The translations under genes and the position numbers were made by a program. From NCBI RefSeq assembly GCF_006345805.1, contig NC_042998.1, forward strand, positions 184,016,001 to 184,080,000: DNA of 64,000 bases, read 5' to 3'. This DNA is from Octopus sinensis. Its lineage: Eukaryota. Every line of letters starts with the position of its first letter. Within the stretch, counting starts at the first letter, position 1. This document shows, piece after piece, positions 63,884 to 64,000 of this stretch. The notes beneath the pieces are model-generated. The model ran no database searches, was not told the origin of the DNA, and worked only from the letters and a program-made list of their open reading frames with translations.

Positions 63884-64000
63884 TCATCATCATCATCATC
63901 ATCATTTAGCGTCCGTTTTCCATGCTAGCATGGGTTGGACGGTTCTACTGGGGTCTGTGAAGCCAGAAGGCTTCATCAGGCCCAGTCAAATCTGGCAGTG
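63884..64000 (-). mobile_element. RTE-tail SINE-like repeat cut by the window edge
   Basis: (CAT)n followed by gtccgttttccatgctagcatgggttggacgg. Confidence 0.85.

Overview
Eukaryotic, repeat-saturated genomic DNA. The SINE families and the very dense (TA)n/(CA)n/(TATC)n/(ATAC)n microsatellites point to an Octopus-like cephalopod; this is an inference. Only one protein-coding gene is supported: the 5' half of a minus-strand mitochondrial 2-Cys peroxiredoxin (PRDX3-like). Its exons are 13127-13141, 8289-8370, 5362-5506 and 1280-1415, giving 126 aa including the [14 protein letters not shown] peroxidatic motif; the gene continues off the left edge. An intact-looking second copy of its presequence exon lies upstream of the promoter at 19671-19758. 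The rest is transposon-derived: RTE, CR1/L2-type and R4/Dong-type LINE fragments, Penelope-like (GIY-YIG) fragments, a 1.5-kb gag-only LTR element with TSD/PBS/PPT, MITEs, several SINE families and a perfect 22-bp tandem array. The most unusual pattern is a set of long palindromic, mostly (TA)n-associated elements carrying type I hammerhead-ribozyme motifs, one with a fully intact core (31488-31530). Almost all ORFs in the supplied track are microsatellite or SINE artefacts. All coordinates and identities were read by hand; TE boundaries are approximate.
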